A stretch of DNA of 64,000 nucleotides from an uncultured Actinomycetota bacterium (GCA_963730045.1 CAVSPQ010000005.1:3811-67810), one strand, 5' to 3'; shown: positions 16,161-25,591, numbered from the stretch's first letter. A program made the numbers and translations. Notes: generated by a model not told the origin, from the letters alone.

Positions 16161-16486
16161 GCCACCTTCGCGGCCGCCTTCTTGGCGACGTCGGTCGCCT
16201 TGTCGCTGACCTTCTTGGCGCCTTCGAACTCGGTGCCGAGCATCGCGAGGCCGCCGAGGCTGACGAGCGCGCCCGGTCCGGGAAGCGGGATCATCACGAC
16301 GCCGAGGGCGACGGTCGCGCCGCCGACGACGCCGACGCCGGTGCGGTAGGCCTTGTCGGCCGTCGGGTTCTTACGGATCGTGCGTCGCACGCCGCCGGCC
16401 GCGGCGCGGGCGGAGCCGAGGGCGGATCCGACGATGCGGCCGGCGCGCGCGGCGGGCGTCGGGGAGGAGTCGGCGTGATCGGTCAT
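16121..16486 (-). CDS. PGPGW-domain small membrane protein
   Basis: Intact 121-aa ORF; RTIRKNPTADKAYRTGVGVVGGATVALGVVMIPLPGPGALVSLGGLAMLGTEF. Confidence 0.5.
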   Translation of the reverse strand: MTDHADSSPTPAARAGRIVGSALGSARAAAGGVRRTIRKNPTADKAYRTGVGVVGGATVALGVVMIPLPGPGALVSLGGLAMLGTEFEGAKKVSDKATDVAKKAAAKVAERRKNRASTPST

Positions 16487-16572
16487 GTCCCGAGACTAAG
16501 CCGAGGGCGCTGGGAGTGCGCCGAACACCCGGTAAGCTATTCACCTCGGCGCCAGAACACCGGCGCAAGTCA

Positions 16573-16646
16573 CGGGCTGTGGCGCAGCTTGGTAGCGCAC
16601 CTGACTGGGGGTCAGGGGGTCGCAGGTTCAAATCCTGTCAGCCCGA
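16573..16646 (+). tRNA. tRNA-Pro (anticodon GGG)
   Basis: 74-nt cloverleaf folded by hand: acceptor CGGGCTG/CAGCCCG, D-arm GCGC-AGCTTGGTA-GCGC, anticodon stem CCTGA/TCAGG with loop CTGGGGG, T-arm GCAGG-TTCAAAT-CCTGT, discriminator A; no encoded CCA. Confidence 0.85.
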
Positions 16647-16649
16647 CAT

Positions 16650-17172
16650 CTGAGAAGACCACGATCTCATCGTGATCCTTGTCATAGACGAATTGCAGAC
16701 CGGTCGATTCGGGGAAGACCGGCAGGAGATCCTCTGGCAGTTCTCGGCCTCCAGCGTGAACTGGACGATCGCGGGAAAGTCACCGGCTGCGCAACCGCGA
16801 ACAGCGGGCCGCTGAAGGAATTCGCCGTTGCATCGATGGTCGCTTCGGGATAGACGTCCAGGCAGGTGTTGCTTCTCGCTTCTGCGAAGGACAGGGGAAC
16901 GGTGCTGACGCGCCCGCAAGCCGTGCACACTGCGGAACGCGGACGCGCATGGACATCCGTGCCAGGTGCCCGCTCGGTCGGAATGGGACTTCTGGCCCAT
17001 CTCGTACGACGGTCATCCAGCGATAGGCGTGCAACCTGAGTTGCGCCCGCTTCGAGCGGATCCGTCGTGACGCTCAATGACGTGAGGACGGCGAATGCCG
17101 ACCACGACCAGGACGATGCCGACGACTCCGACGATCGCACCGATGTAGAACCACGTGCGGTCACCCGTCATG
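16650..17172 (-). CDS. Hypothetical membrane-anchored protein (start MTGDRTWFYIGAIVGVVGIVLVVVGIRR); frame uncertain, possibly decaying
   Basis: Lower-GC patch; N-terminus derives from a duplicated 5' segment of the neighbouring DHFR-family gene; downstream frames ambiguous (CLDVYPEATIDATANSFSGPLFAVAQP / LPEDLLPVFPESTGLQFVYDKDHDEIVVF). Confidence 0.25.
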
Positions 17173-17290
17173 ACGCTTCCGGGGATCACGTTCAGACCCT
17201 GCCCGACCCAGACCGCTCCGGTGAGCAGGCGATCACACCGATGACGATCAGGGCGATGCGCCCGGCACCCCGCTTCACGACTTCACCACC
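17100..17290. repeat. Copy B of ~190-bp imperfect direct repeat (~75% identity to 17640-17830)
   Basis: Hand alignment: ccacgtgcggtcacccgtcatgacgcttccgggga...gaccctgcccgacccagaccgctccgg vs ccacatccggtcgcccgtcatggcgctcccgggag...cccctgtccgacccagaccgcaccg. Confidence 0.55.
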
Positions 17291-17821
17291 GGGAACGACA
17301 TGTGCGTGACCTTTTTCGCGGCGATCACCGTGGTCGGGTCGCCGAGCACCGTCTCGACATCCAGCTCGGGAAAGTAGCGCTTTCCGCTGCCGAGGAACAC
17401 CGGCGCGAGGTCGATCGCGACCTCGTCGAGGAGTCCGGCGCGCAGCGCCTGCTCGGCGACCACACCGGCGGCGACGCCGACCGTCTTGTCGCCGGCGACC
17501 TTCTGCGCGGCGGCCACCGCATCCTGAATGCCGGTCGTGATGAACGTGAAGTCCTCCGACCCGGATACGACCAGTCCGTCGGCGGCTCGTGGGTGAGCAC
17601 GACGACGGGGACCCCAAGAGGATGCCGGCCCTTCCAGCCGTCGGTGACATCGAACAGGATCCGAGGCCGACGACGAGCCCGAGGTCGGACCACATCCGGT
17701 CGCCCGTCATGGCGCTCCCGGGAGATGATGCCCAGATCCCCTGTCCGACCCAGACCGCACCGTGTGCCGATGGCGTCACTCCGACGACGATGAGGGCGAT
17801 GCGCGCCACATGGTTGCTCAT
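17275..17821 (-). CDS. Dihydrofolate-reductase-family protein (RibD C-terminal domain); frameshift near 17640
   Basis: ILFDVTDGWKGRHPLGVPVVVLTHEPPTDWSYPGSEDFTFITTGIQDAVAAAQKVAGDKTVGVAAGVVAEQALRAGLLDEVAIDLAPVFLGSGKRYFPELDVETVLGDPTTVIAAKKVTHMSFPVVKS*; 547 bp fits the full-length family size. Confidence 0.55.
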
Positions 17822-17830
17822 GAATTCGAA
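17640..17830. repeat. Copy A of ~190-bp imperfect direct repeat (5' end of the DHFR-family gene)
   Basis: See copy B; both encode R-I-A-L-I-V-x-G-V ... V-W-V-G-Q-G ... PGS-x-MTGDR-x-W ... G-x-VVG on the minus strand. Confidence 0.55.
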
Positions 17831-17839
17831 CTTACGCGA

Positions 17840-18065
17840 CTAGGCGTCGTCCTTGCGGTAGTCGAAGACTTCGCCGATCGGGACGCCGAACGCGTCCGCG
17901 ATCCGGAAGGCCATGTCGAGCGACGGCGTGTACTTGCCGGCCTCGATGTTGAGGATCGTCTGGCGCGAGGCGCCGATGCGCTCCGCGAGCTCGAGCTGGG
18001 TCATCTCGTTCGCGAAGAACCGCAGGGTGCGGATGTTGTTCGTGATGATCGAGCTGGTTAGGCAT
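17840..18065 (-). CDS. XRE-family helix-turn-helix regulator (YozG-like, DUF2975-associated type); internal frameshift
   Basis: IITNNIRTLRFFANEMTQLELAERIGASRQTILNIEAGKYTPSLDMAFRIADAFGVPIGEVFDYRKDDA*; ATG at 18065 overlaps the upstream gene stop (ATGCCTAA), implying translational coupling. Confidence 0.6.
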
Positions 18066-18553
18066 GACGAACGCCTCGCTCGTAGCCGTACACGCTGACG
18101 GCGCCGGAGACGAACGAGCCCAGGGCGATCGACCAGAACAGCACGTGGAGCCCGACGACGGCGGACAGCCCGACAGCCAGCGTCAAGTAGCACGCCGACG
18201 AATCCGATGCCGGCGAAGACGTACCCGACACGGGCGGCACCGCAGGTTGATCATGCGATCCATCTCGTCTTCGGCCATCGTCGAGTCCAGGATCCGCTTG
18301 ATGCGACTCGAGTCGCCGTCACCCTCGGTGACCGCGAGCCCGATCGCGAGAACGATGTGGAACACGATCTGGATGACGATCAGTGCGACGATCGCGATTC
18401 CGATGAACACCAGCATGGAGACCGCCCAGGCCTGCAGCGTGTCTGGCGTGTTCTCGGGGCGGCTCAGGTAGATGGCGTAGGCGGTCGAGGAAGACGATCC
18501 CTGCGACGGTGTTCGTGATGATGCTCTTGCTCTTCGGTGACATGGCGATCGGG
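18058..18553 (-). CDS. DUF2975-like multi-pass membrane protein (partner of the XRE regulator); 2 frameshifts
   Basis: MSPKSKSIITNTVAGIVFLDRL ... MLVFIGIAIVALIVIQIVFHIVLAIGLAVTEGDGDSSRIKRILDSTMAEDEMDRMINL ... CYLTLAVGLSAVVGLHVLFWSIALGSFVSGAVSVYGYERGVRHA*. Confidence 0.5.
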
Positions 18554-18571
18554 TCCTTCGTCGAAGGGGTT

Positions 18572-18604
18572 GGACTTAAGTACAACAAACTGTACATCAA
18601 GTCC
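18572..18604. promoter_or_regulatory. Imperfect palindrome GGACTTAAGTACA-N6-TGTACATCAAGTCC upstream of the DUF2975-XRE operon; overlaps candidate promoter TTGTCA-N18-TACAGT (minus strand)
   Basis: Read directly; AT-richer intergenic 18554-18650; candidate autoregulatory operator. Confidence 0.35.
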
Positions 18605-18649
18605 AAGTCGATTGACAAGTACGAGAGCCTGGCGATGCTCAGACGCGAG

Positions 18650-19581
18650 CGCCGCAGCGCGGCCACCGCGCGTTCCATCGAGCTGCTGAGGCCCCACTTC
18701 TCGGACAGGCTCTGGATGTCGGCCTCGCGTTCCGGCGGTGAACGCCCGGATCCGCGCGTCGAAGGCCGGCAATTTCAGGTCACGCACCACGTTGACGACG
18801 GCGGGAGCGACCTCCAGGTACTCGGCCGCCGCCAGGATCTTCGCGCGCGGGCCCTTCGCCAGGTCGGAGGCCTCGTCCGCCGCCGCGGCGATGATCCCGT
18901 TCAGGTCGCCGTAGGTGGCCAGCAGCGTCGCCGCACCCTTCTCGCCGATGCCCGCGACACCGGGCAGCCCGTCGGACGCGTCTCCGCGCATCGCCGCATA
19001 GTCGGCGTACTGATCGGGTCGCACGCCGGTCTTCGCGACCAGGGCGGCATCCGTCAGCACCTCGAGGTTCGACATGCCCCGCCCGGTGTAGATCACGCGC
19101 ACGTCGCGGGAGTCGTCGACCAGCTGGAACAGGTCGCGATCGCCGGTGACGACGTCGACCGGGATGTCGTTGGTCGAGGCGAGCGTGCCGATCACGTCGT
19201 CGGCCTCGTGATTCGGCCGCACCGACGATCGGGATGCCCGAGCGCCGTCAGCGCCTCGCGGATGACCGGCACCTGCGCCTCGAGCGGGTCGGGGATGACC
19301 TCGACATCGGGGCCGACGATCACGACTTCCGCGACGCGGTGCGTCTTGTAGGTCGGGATGAGGTCGACCCGCCACTGCGGACGCCAGTCGTCGTCCCAGC
19401 ACGCCACGATCTCGGTCGGCTCGAACTCGGTCACCAGCCGCGCGATGATGTCGAGCAGTCCGCGCGCCGCGTTGATCGGCATCCCGTTCGGTGCCTTCAC
19501 GGTGTCGGGTACGCCGTAGAACGCGCGGAAGTACAGGGCGGCGGTGTCGAGCAGCATGCGGCGGCCGGCGGAATCGGTCAT
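18650..19581 (-). CDS. 5'-3' exonuclease (FEN / Pol I N-terminal domain-like, standalone; Rv2090-like); frameshift near 19200; 3' end approximate
   Basis: MTDSAGRRMLLDTAALYFRAFYGVP ... IVACWDDDWRPQWRVDLIPTYKTHR ... PVIREALTALGIP ... TGDRDLFQLVDDSRDVRVIYTGRGMSNLEV ... RGDASDGLPGVAGIGEKGAATLLATYGDLNGI. Confidence 0.7.
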
Positions 19582-19616
19582 GGCGGAATCCTTCGCATGT
19601 CCGGCACACTCGCCTC

Positions 19617-20190
19617 ATGACCACCCCGGCAGCAGCACCGAAGCGCAGGTCTCTCGTCCCCGGCATCCTGCTGGGCGTTCTCGCCGTCATCCTGATGGGC
19701 ATCGGCGGCGTCGTCTACCTGATCGCCTCGCTCTTCGTGAGCGGCACGGTACACCGCAGGCGACCGAGATCCCCAACTCGATCGAGCAGGACTTCGAAGC
19801 CGGGAACTACTCGATCTATCTCGACGACGACAGCACGATCGACGAGAGCGATCCCGTCGGTCGCTGCTGCTGTGCACGATCGAAAACGGCGGCGAGACAC
19901 AGGAAGTGAACGGCGCGGACCGCGGGGGCGTCTCGGTGGAGGTGGGAGCGCAGGAGTGGATCGGTGATTTCACCGCTGTGGCCGGTCCGACGACGGTCGA
20001 CGTGCGATTTCGCCGAGCGGTCGTGAGTCGACCGACTACTTCTACGTGGTGCAGCCGGCGGCGCCGGCGGCGCCCGTCGGCACGGTCGTGCTGCTGGGTT
20101 CTCGGGTGGCATCGCTGCTGCTCGGATGCCGCCGCGCCTCATCCTGCGTGCGGTCGATCAGCCGCCGCGCTGCACCGTGAGCGCGCGGCT
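19617..20190 (+). CDS. Hypothetical membrane-anchored protein; frameshifted
   Basis: MTTPAAAPKRRSLVPGILLGVLAVILMGIGGVVYLIASLFVSGTV (N-terminal TM) ... EIPNSIEQDFEAGNYSIYLDDDSTIDESDPVG ... VVLLGSRVASLLLG. Confidence 0.3.
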
Positions 20191-20880
20191 CGAGGAGCTC
20201 GATTTCCAGTCCACCCCGATGGGGGAGCTGACGCTGCGGCGACGGCACGAGCCGATGCTCGACGTCGACGTGTACGAGGTGAAGCTCGGCGACGAGTACC
20301 TGATGTCGAGCCTGTTCACGGTCGCCGAGGAGGAACTCGCCCGGCGCGGGCTCGGCGTGGTCGACGGCGACGAGCTGAACGTGCTCGTCGGGGGCCTCGG
20401 TCTCGGCTACACGGCCGTGACGGCGCTGCGACGATCCGCGCGTCGCGTCGCTGACCGTCGTCGACACGCTTGCCGGCGGTCATCGACTGGCACCGTCGCA
20501 AGCTGCTGCCGGTCTCGGCCGCGCTGGTCGACGATCCGCGCACGGTGCTCGTCGAGCGACGACTTCTTCGCTCTCATGCGCGCCGAGCCGACCGACGAGA
20601 GCCCGCGGTACGACGCGATCCTGGTCGACATCGATCACACGCCGACGCCACCGGCTCGCCGACAGCCACGGCGATCTGTACTCGCCGGCGGGCCTGCGTG
20701 CCGCATCCCGTCATCTGCGACCGGGCGGAGCGTTCGCGCTCTGGTCGGATGATCCGCCCGACGACCGTTCCTGCTCGATCTCGCGTCGGCGTTCGCGTCG
20801 AGCGCGGCGCGCGTCGTCGACTTCGACAACCCGCTGACCGGCGGCATCTCGTCGAACACGGTCTACGTCGCCACGACCTA
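20178..20880 (+). CDS. Spermidine/spermine-synthase-family (PABS-like) protein; >=2 frameshifts
   Basis: VSARLEELDFQSTPMGELTLRRRHEPMLDVDVYEVKLGDEYLMSSLFTVAEEELARRGL ... VLVGGLGLGYTAVTAL ... FFALMRAEPTDESPRYDAILVDIDHTP ... GAFALWSDDPPD. Confidence 0.55.
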
Positions 20881-20881
20881 G

Positions 20882-22139
20882 CATGGGCAGCGTCGCACGC
20901 CGACGGAATCCGCTTCAAGGGCCTGCCGCTCGGCGGCGCCTGGACGCTGGAGGACATCCCCGGTCTCGGCTGGAACGTCGCTCGCGGCGACACGGCCACC
21001 CCGGTCGCGACGCTGTCGATGGATGCGGTGCGGGCCAATGCGGCAGCGATGCGCGACTGGTGCGCGGCCCACGACGTGAGCCTGGCGCCGCACGCGAAGA
21101 CGACGCTCTCGCCGGAGCTCATCCAGGTGCAGCGCGACCACGACGTGTGGGGGCTGACGGCGGCGCTCCCTCGGCAGGTGGAGTTGCTCTGGCAGCAGGG
21201 GGTGACACGCGTCATCATGGCGAACGAACTGACGGATCCGGCGGCGATCAGATGGCTGGGGTCGCGGCTCGCGGGGGACGAGAGCCTCGAGCTGTTCCTC
21301 TATGCCGATTCGGTCGCCGAACGTCGCGATTCTGGAGGAGGCGATGGCCGACGTGCCGGGGGACCGGCCGCTCGACGTGCTCGTCGAGCTCGGCCACGAG
21401 GGCGGTCGCAGCGGCGCCCGCACCGTCGCGGAGGCAGTCGCCGTCGCCGAGGCCGTCATCGCCGCCCCGCGCCTCCGGCTGGCCGGCATCGCGCTCTTCG
21501 AGGGGACGCTCGGCGCCACGCGCACCCCGAGACCGTGTCTCGCGTCGATGCATTTCTCACCGAACTCGCCACCGTGCTCGCTGCGCTCGTCCGGTCGTTT
21601 CGAGATCGCCGAGCCGATCGTCACCGCCGGCGGCAGTCACTTCTTCGACCGCGTCGTCGTCGATGCTCGCCACGACGACGCGCGAGCAGGGCGCACGACT
21701 CGTGCTCCGCAGCGGTTGCTACCTCGTGCACGACCACGGCATCTACGGAACGGGCACCCCGAGCGCCACCGGCGTGCGCGACGCCCCCACGTTCCGCGCC
21801 GCCCTCACCGTGTGGGCACGCGTCGTCTCGTGCCCCGAGCCGGGGCTCGCGCTCCTCGACGCCGGGCCGCCGCGACGTGTCCTTCGACGCCGGCTTCCCG
21901 ATCCCGCTCGAGCGGGTGCGCGGTGACGACCGGCTCGACCTGGAGCATGCCGCTCGCATCGACGCGCTCGGCGACCAGCACGCGTTCCTGCGATTCGAAC
22001 GTCACGTCGACATCGCGCCCGGCGACCTGGTGCGCCTCGGCATCTCGCACCCCTGCACGACCTTCGACCGCTGGGACCTGATGCTCGTCGTCGACGATCA
22101 CGACGCAGGTGGTCGGAACCATCCGCACCGAGTTCTGAC
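20882..22139 (+). CDS. Alanine-racemase-fold (PLP) protein, D-serine-deaminase-like (DSD1 family); several frameshifts
   Basis: DVSLAPHAKTTLSPELIQVQRDHDVWGLTAALPRQVELLWQQGVTRVIMANEL (PLP Lys in HAKT) ... LRLAGIALFEGTLG ... IVTAGGSHFFD ... GARLVLRSGCYLVHDHGIY ... LGDQHAFLRFERHVDIAPGDLVRLGISHPCTTFDRWDLMLVVDD. Confidence 0.55.
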
Positions 22140-22147
22140 CCGCGCGG

Positions 22148-23483
22148 TCAGTGCCCGGCCGGCTCCGCCTGCATCTTGTCGATGTACTCCTTGATCGTCG
22201 GCATCGCACATCGAGCCGGTCGCGGTAGAACGTGTTGATCAGGTTGACCACCTGGGTCTGCGCCGCATCCACCTCGGCCGATCGCGCCTCGCCCGAGTTC
22301 TGGCTCTCGAGGGTCTGCCGCAGCTGGAGCAGCGACTCCACCAGCTCGGCCTCGGCGTCGCCGTCGAGCGCCTGCACGACCTCGAGGACGAGCGCGTCGG
22401 CCTGCGCCTGCACGTCGTCGATCGGGATGCTGGAGCCCGGCTTGGTGGCGTTCTCGAGCGTCGAGATGAGCGACCACACCTGGTACAGGATGGTGGCCGG
22501 CTCGTCGAAGAGCTCACGCACGAACGCGGCATCCATGTGCCGGCCCGAGAGCCGGAACACGTTGTACATCCGCTTCGCGGCCTTGCCGTAGTTGAGGTGC
22601 TGGGTCAGGTACTTGTGCACCTCCTCCTCGAGCCGCGTCGACGTACTCGTCGAGCGCGTCGTCGGAGACGAACTTCGCGACCTTCGCGAACGTCGGCACC
22701 TGGTCGGCGTCGAGGTACACCTCCTGGAAGTAGGCGTCGAGGTAGCCGTCGAGCGAGACGATCTCGCCGTCGGGCGCCTCCCAGGTCACGTCGATGACGT
22801 TGCTGGCGTTCGACAGCCGCTTGCGCACCGGATCGGTGACGACCCAGTCGAGCTTGCACCAGCCGGGATCGAGGGCGACCTCGTCCCAGCGCAACATGGT
22901 CTGCGTGCCGTCCTCGGCATCCAGCACCTGCTCGCCGGCTTCGATCTCGGGAGCCTTCCAGGTCACCGGGCTGCCCTTGCTGCACCGCCTCGCCGCGCAC
23001 GAACCCGTCGTCCGGGTAGCTGCCGAGCTTCGCCTCGAGGAACTGGTATGTCGGTCCCGAGAGGTGCGAGAGCACGTGGTCGCGCATCAGACGCGCCATG
23101 ATGCCGCAGGCCTCCTCGCGGGTCGCGGCCTTGATGTTGATGCGCTGGAAGAAGTCGGCGTCACCGGGGAAGCTCTGGATCTTCGACTGCGCCGCCGAGC
23201 CCGACAGCGCGAGCGCGCTCTCGCCACCCTCGCCCGTCACCTCGACGACCTCGCCGATCTTGCGGAAGCGCTCGAGGTCACGCGGGCTGAAGTCGAGCAT
23301 CGACGTACGGTGACCGAAGGTGCCGCTGACCGTGTCGACGACGACGTCATCGCCGTCGGACTGGGCGGCCATCGCCGACAGCCATTTGCAGGCTCTCGGC
23401 CTCGTCGATCTCGACGCCGAGGCGTCGTCGCGGATTCGATGATGCTGAGTGAGTTCGGCCGATTCGGCGGACTTGTCCGGCAT
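22148..23483 (-). CDS. Uncharacterised ~445-aa protein with putative Pol-beta-type nucleotidyltransferase signature (GS-x10-DxD) and helical C-terminal region; frameshift near 22960
   Basis: ...ERFRKIGEVVEVTGEGGESALALSGSAAQSKIQSFPGDADFFQRINIKAATREEACGIMARLMRDHV ... DWVVTDPVRKRLSNASNVIDVTWEAPDGEIVSLDGYLDAYFQEVYLD ... KRMYNVFRLSGRHMDAAFVRELFDEP (R-x4-H) ... KEYIDKMQAEPAGH*; not matched to any family I can name. Confidence 0.4.
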
Positions 23484-23529
23484 CGCGTGCTCCTCTGGTC
23501 GGGGCTAATCGGACGCGTGCCGCGCATCC

Positions 23530-24064
23530 ACTTCGGCCCTGCATGGCGTGGAACAGCCTGGCCTGGTCGCGTGCGTCTCCGAGTGCATTGTGCGACAGAT
23601 ACACCCCTCCCAGATAGAGGGGCGAGAGAACGCGCATGCTGGTGCCCGCCCAGGAGCCACCCGCGTGGCCGAGGTAATACGACTTGATGTCGAGCGCCGT
23701 GTGGCCGAACGGGTTGCGCTGGAGGAAGCGCTGGAAGTAGTCGTCGACGAACATCCAGTCGAACGCGGCGTTGAATCCGACGAAGATCGGGGCGGTTCCG
23801 GCGGGTGCGACCTCCGCGATCCAGTCGGCGAACTGCTGCATCGCCTCTGCCGGGGCGACGCCTTCGGCGGCGAGCGTCTCCATCGACAGGCCGCTGACGG
23901 CGAGCGCGGACTCGACGAACGCCTCGTTCAGCGGCTGGAGCTCGACGTAGAAGCCGCTGCGTCGAGATCGTCGACGAGACAGGCGCCGATCGAGATCATC
24001 GAGTACATGTTCGGGTTGGGCCCGGCGGTCTCGACATCGACGGAGATGTAGACCTCTGGCAAGA
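23530..24064 (-). CDS. DEDDh-family 3'-5' exonuclease (DnaQ/KapD-like); 3' end approximate
   Basis: VPKILPEVYISVDVETAGPNPNMYSMISIGACLVDD (Exo I) ... TAPIFVGFNAAFDWMFVDDYF (Exo II) ... SHNALGDARDQARLF (Exo III, H-x4-D); GTG start ~24064. Confidence 0.65.
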
Positions 24065-24134
24065 TCTTCGGCACGGGATCATCATCCCCCGACGGGCGCA
24101 CCAGACCTGGGAGGACGCCCAGTTCGGGATGAGA

Positions 24135-24959
24135 TCAGTCGGGGTCGGTCGGGTCCAGGGGCGCGTGGTGGTCGAGATTCACGATTCCGCGTTTCCAGTA
24201 CCCGCTGGCGGCGACCTGCTCGGCGGGAAGGTCGAGATCGTGGCGGAGGTAGCGGCGCAACGGGACGAGCGTCGTCGCCTCTCCCGCCATGAAGACGAAG
24301 GTGTCGTCGTCGATGGGTCCGAGGGATCGCAGCGCCTCGTCCAGCTGGCCGGGGCCGTCTTCTCGGAACAACCATTCGGCATCCACCCGGTCGGCGCCGC
24401 CCTCGAAGTAGCCCTGCACGCTGTCGTCGGCGACGTCGAACAGCGCCGTGACCGGGATCGATGCCGGCACCAGCCCGAGCCAGCGTCGCGTGGCCGGCAG
24501 TGCGGTCTCGTCCGCGATGAGCAGCAGGCGGCCGAGATCGGTCGGCGCCAGAAGCGAGCCGCGCGGGCCGCCGACGGCGAGCGGCGATCCGACCTCGGCG
24601 CGTGCCGCCCACGCCGACGCCGGGCCCTCGTCGCCGTGCAGGACGAAATCGAGGTCCAGGGTCGTGTCGCCATCGGCATCCATGTGCACGCCGAGCGGGG
24701 TGTAGTCGCGTGACAGGATGACGCCGGTCGTCGGGCGCTCGATGCCGCCCTCGCCGGTGGTCGGGGTCGTCAGCTCGCCGGTCGCAGGATCGGGGAAGAA
24801 CACCTTGACGTGGTCGGTGGGGCCGAGGCTCGCGAACCCGGTGAGCTCGGGCCCGGCGAGCGTGACCCGCACGATCGACGGGACGACCGGCCGGACGGCC
24901 ACGACCTCGGCCCGACGCACGGCGAGCGGGTGGCGAACGGATTCGCGCGAGAACGGCAC
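24135..24959 (-). CDS. Siderophore-interacting protein (FAD-binding, ViuB/SIP family)
   Basis: Intact 274-aa ORF; VRVTLAGPELTGFASLGPTDHVKVFFPD ... SRDYTPL ... LLLIADETALPATRRWL ... FMAGEATTLVPLRRYL. Confidence 0.75.
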   Translation of the reverse strand: MPFSRESVRHPLAVRRAEVVAVRPVVPSIVRVTLAGPELTGFASLGPTDHVKVFFPDPATGELTTPTTGEGGIERPTTGVILSRDYTPLGVHMDADGDTTLDLDFVLHGDEGPASAWAARAEVGSPLAVGGPRGSLLAPTDLGRLLLIADETALPATRRWLGLVPASIPVTALFDVADDSVQGYFEGGADRVDAEWLFREDGPGQLDEALRSLGPIDDDTFVFMAGEATTLVPLRRYLRHDLDLPAEQVAASGYWKRGIVNLDHHAPLDPTDPD

Positions 24960-24988
24960 CCGATCACCCTAACCAGTAGAAATGAGCC

Positions 24989-25579
24989 ATGAGGATTGCG
25001 TCCGCCGCCGACATCGACGTCGTCACCGAGAGGATCGCGCTCGCTTTCGCCGACGATCCGACCTGGGGTCCGGCGCTCGCCAGGCCCGATGGTTCGACCG
25101 CTCATCACCCGGCGTACTGGCGGTTGTTCGCCGAGGGTGCCGTGCCGCACGGGATCGTTTTCCTGAGCGATGACCATGCCTCCGTCGCGGTCTGGATCCC
25201 GCCGGGTGCCGACGAGATGTCCGCGGAGCAGGAGGACGCGCTCCGCGTGGTGGTGACCGAGAACCTCGAACCCGCCGCCCAGGAAGCGATGTTCGAGCTG
25301 TGGGACCGCTTCGATTCGAACCATCCGCAGACCGAACCGCACGTCTATCTCAGTCTGCTGGCGACGCATCCGGATCACCGCGGTCGCGGGATTGCGCAGG
25401 CGCTGCTGCGTGAGAATCTGGCCGATTTCGATCGGCAGGGCCTGCCGGCATACCTGGAGTCGACCAACCCGGCCAACGATCACCGGTACGAGCGGGTCGG
25501 ATTCGCCAAGATCGGCGAGTTCGCCGGTTTCGTGGACGGGTCGGTGGTGTCGACGATGTGGCGCCCGGTCGGCGGTTGA
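24989..25579 (+). CDS. GNAT-family N-acetyltransferase
   Basis: Intact 196-aa ORF; LSLLATHPDHRGRGIAQALLRENLADFDRQGLPAYLESTNPANDHRYERVGF. Confidence 0.7.
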   Translation: MRIASAADIDVVTERIALAFADDPTWGPALARPDGSTAHHPAYWRLFAEGAVPHGIVFLSDDHASVAVWIPPGADEMSAEQEDALRVVVTENLEPAAQEAMFELWDRFDSNHPQTEPHVYLSLLATHPDHRGRGIAQALLRENLADFDRQGLPAYLESTNPANDHRYERVGFAKIGEFAGFVDGSVVSTMWRPVGG

Positions 25580-25591
25580 TCCGACGCGCGG

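Noticed and set aside
16638-17000. Minus-strand ORF reading through tRNA-Pro antisense (ending ...VGLTGFEPATP)
   Set aside because: A coding region overlapping an entire tRNA antisense is implausible; the frame is produced by the tRNA sequence itself.
22148-22900. R-x4-H motif (FRLSGRH) in the C-terminal region of the putative NTase, as evidence for a HEPN RNase domain
   Set aside because: A single short motif in a 250-aa helical region is too weak on its own. It is mentioned under the finding but not used to call a HEPN domain.
16573-24100. Possible integrated mobile element at tRNA-Pro
   Set aside because: GC content dips only locally (16650-18650). No integrase, recombinase, transposase or direct repeat of the tRNA 3' end was found by eye. 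Treated as a variable chromosomal patch, not an island.
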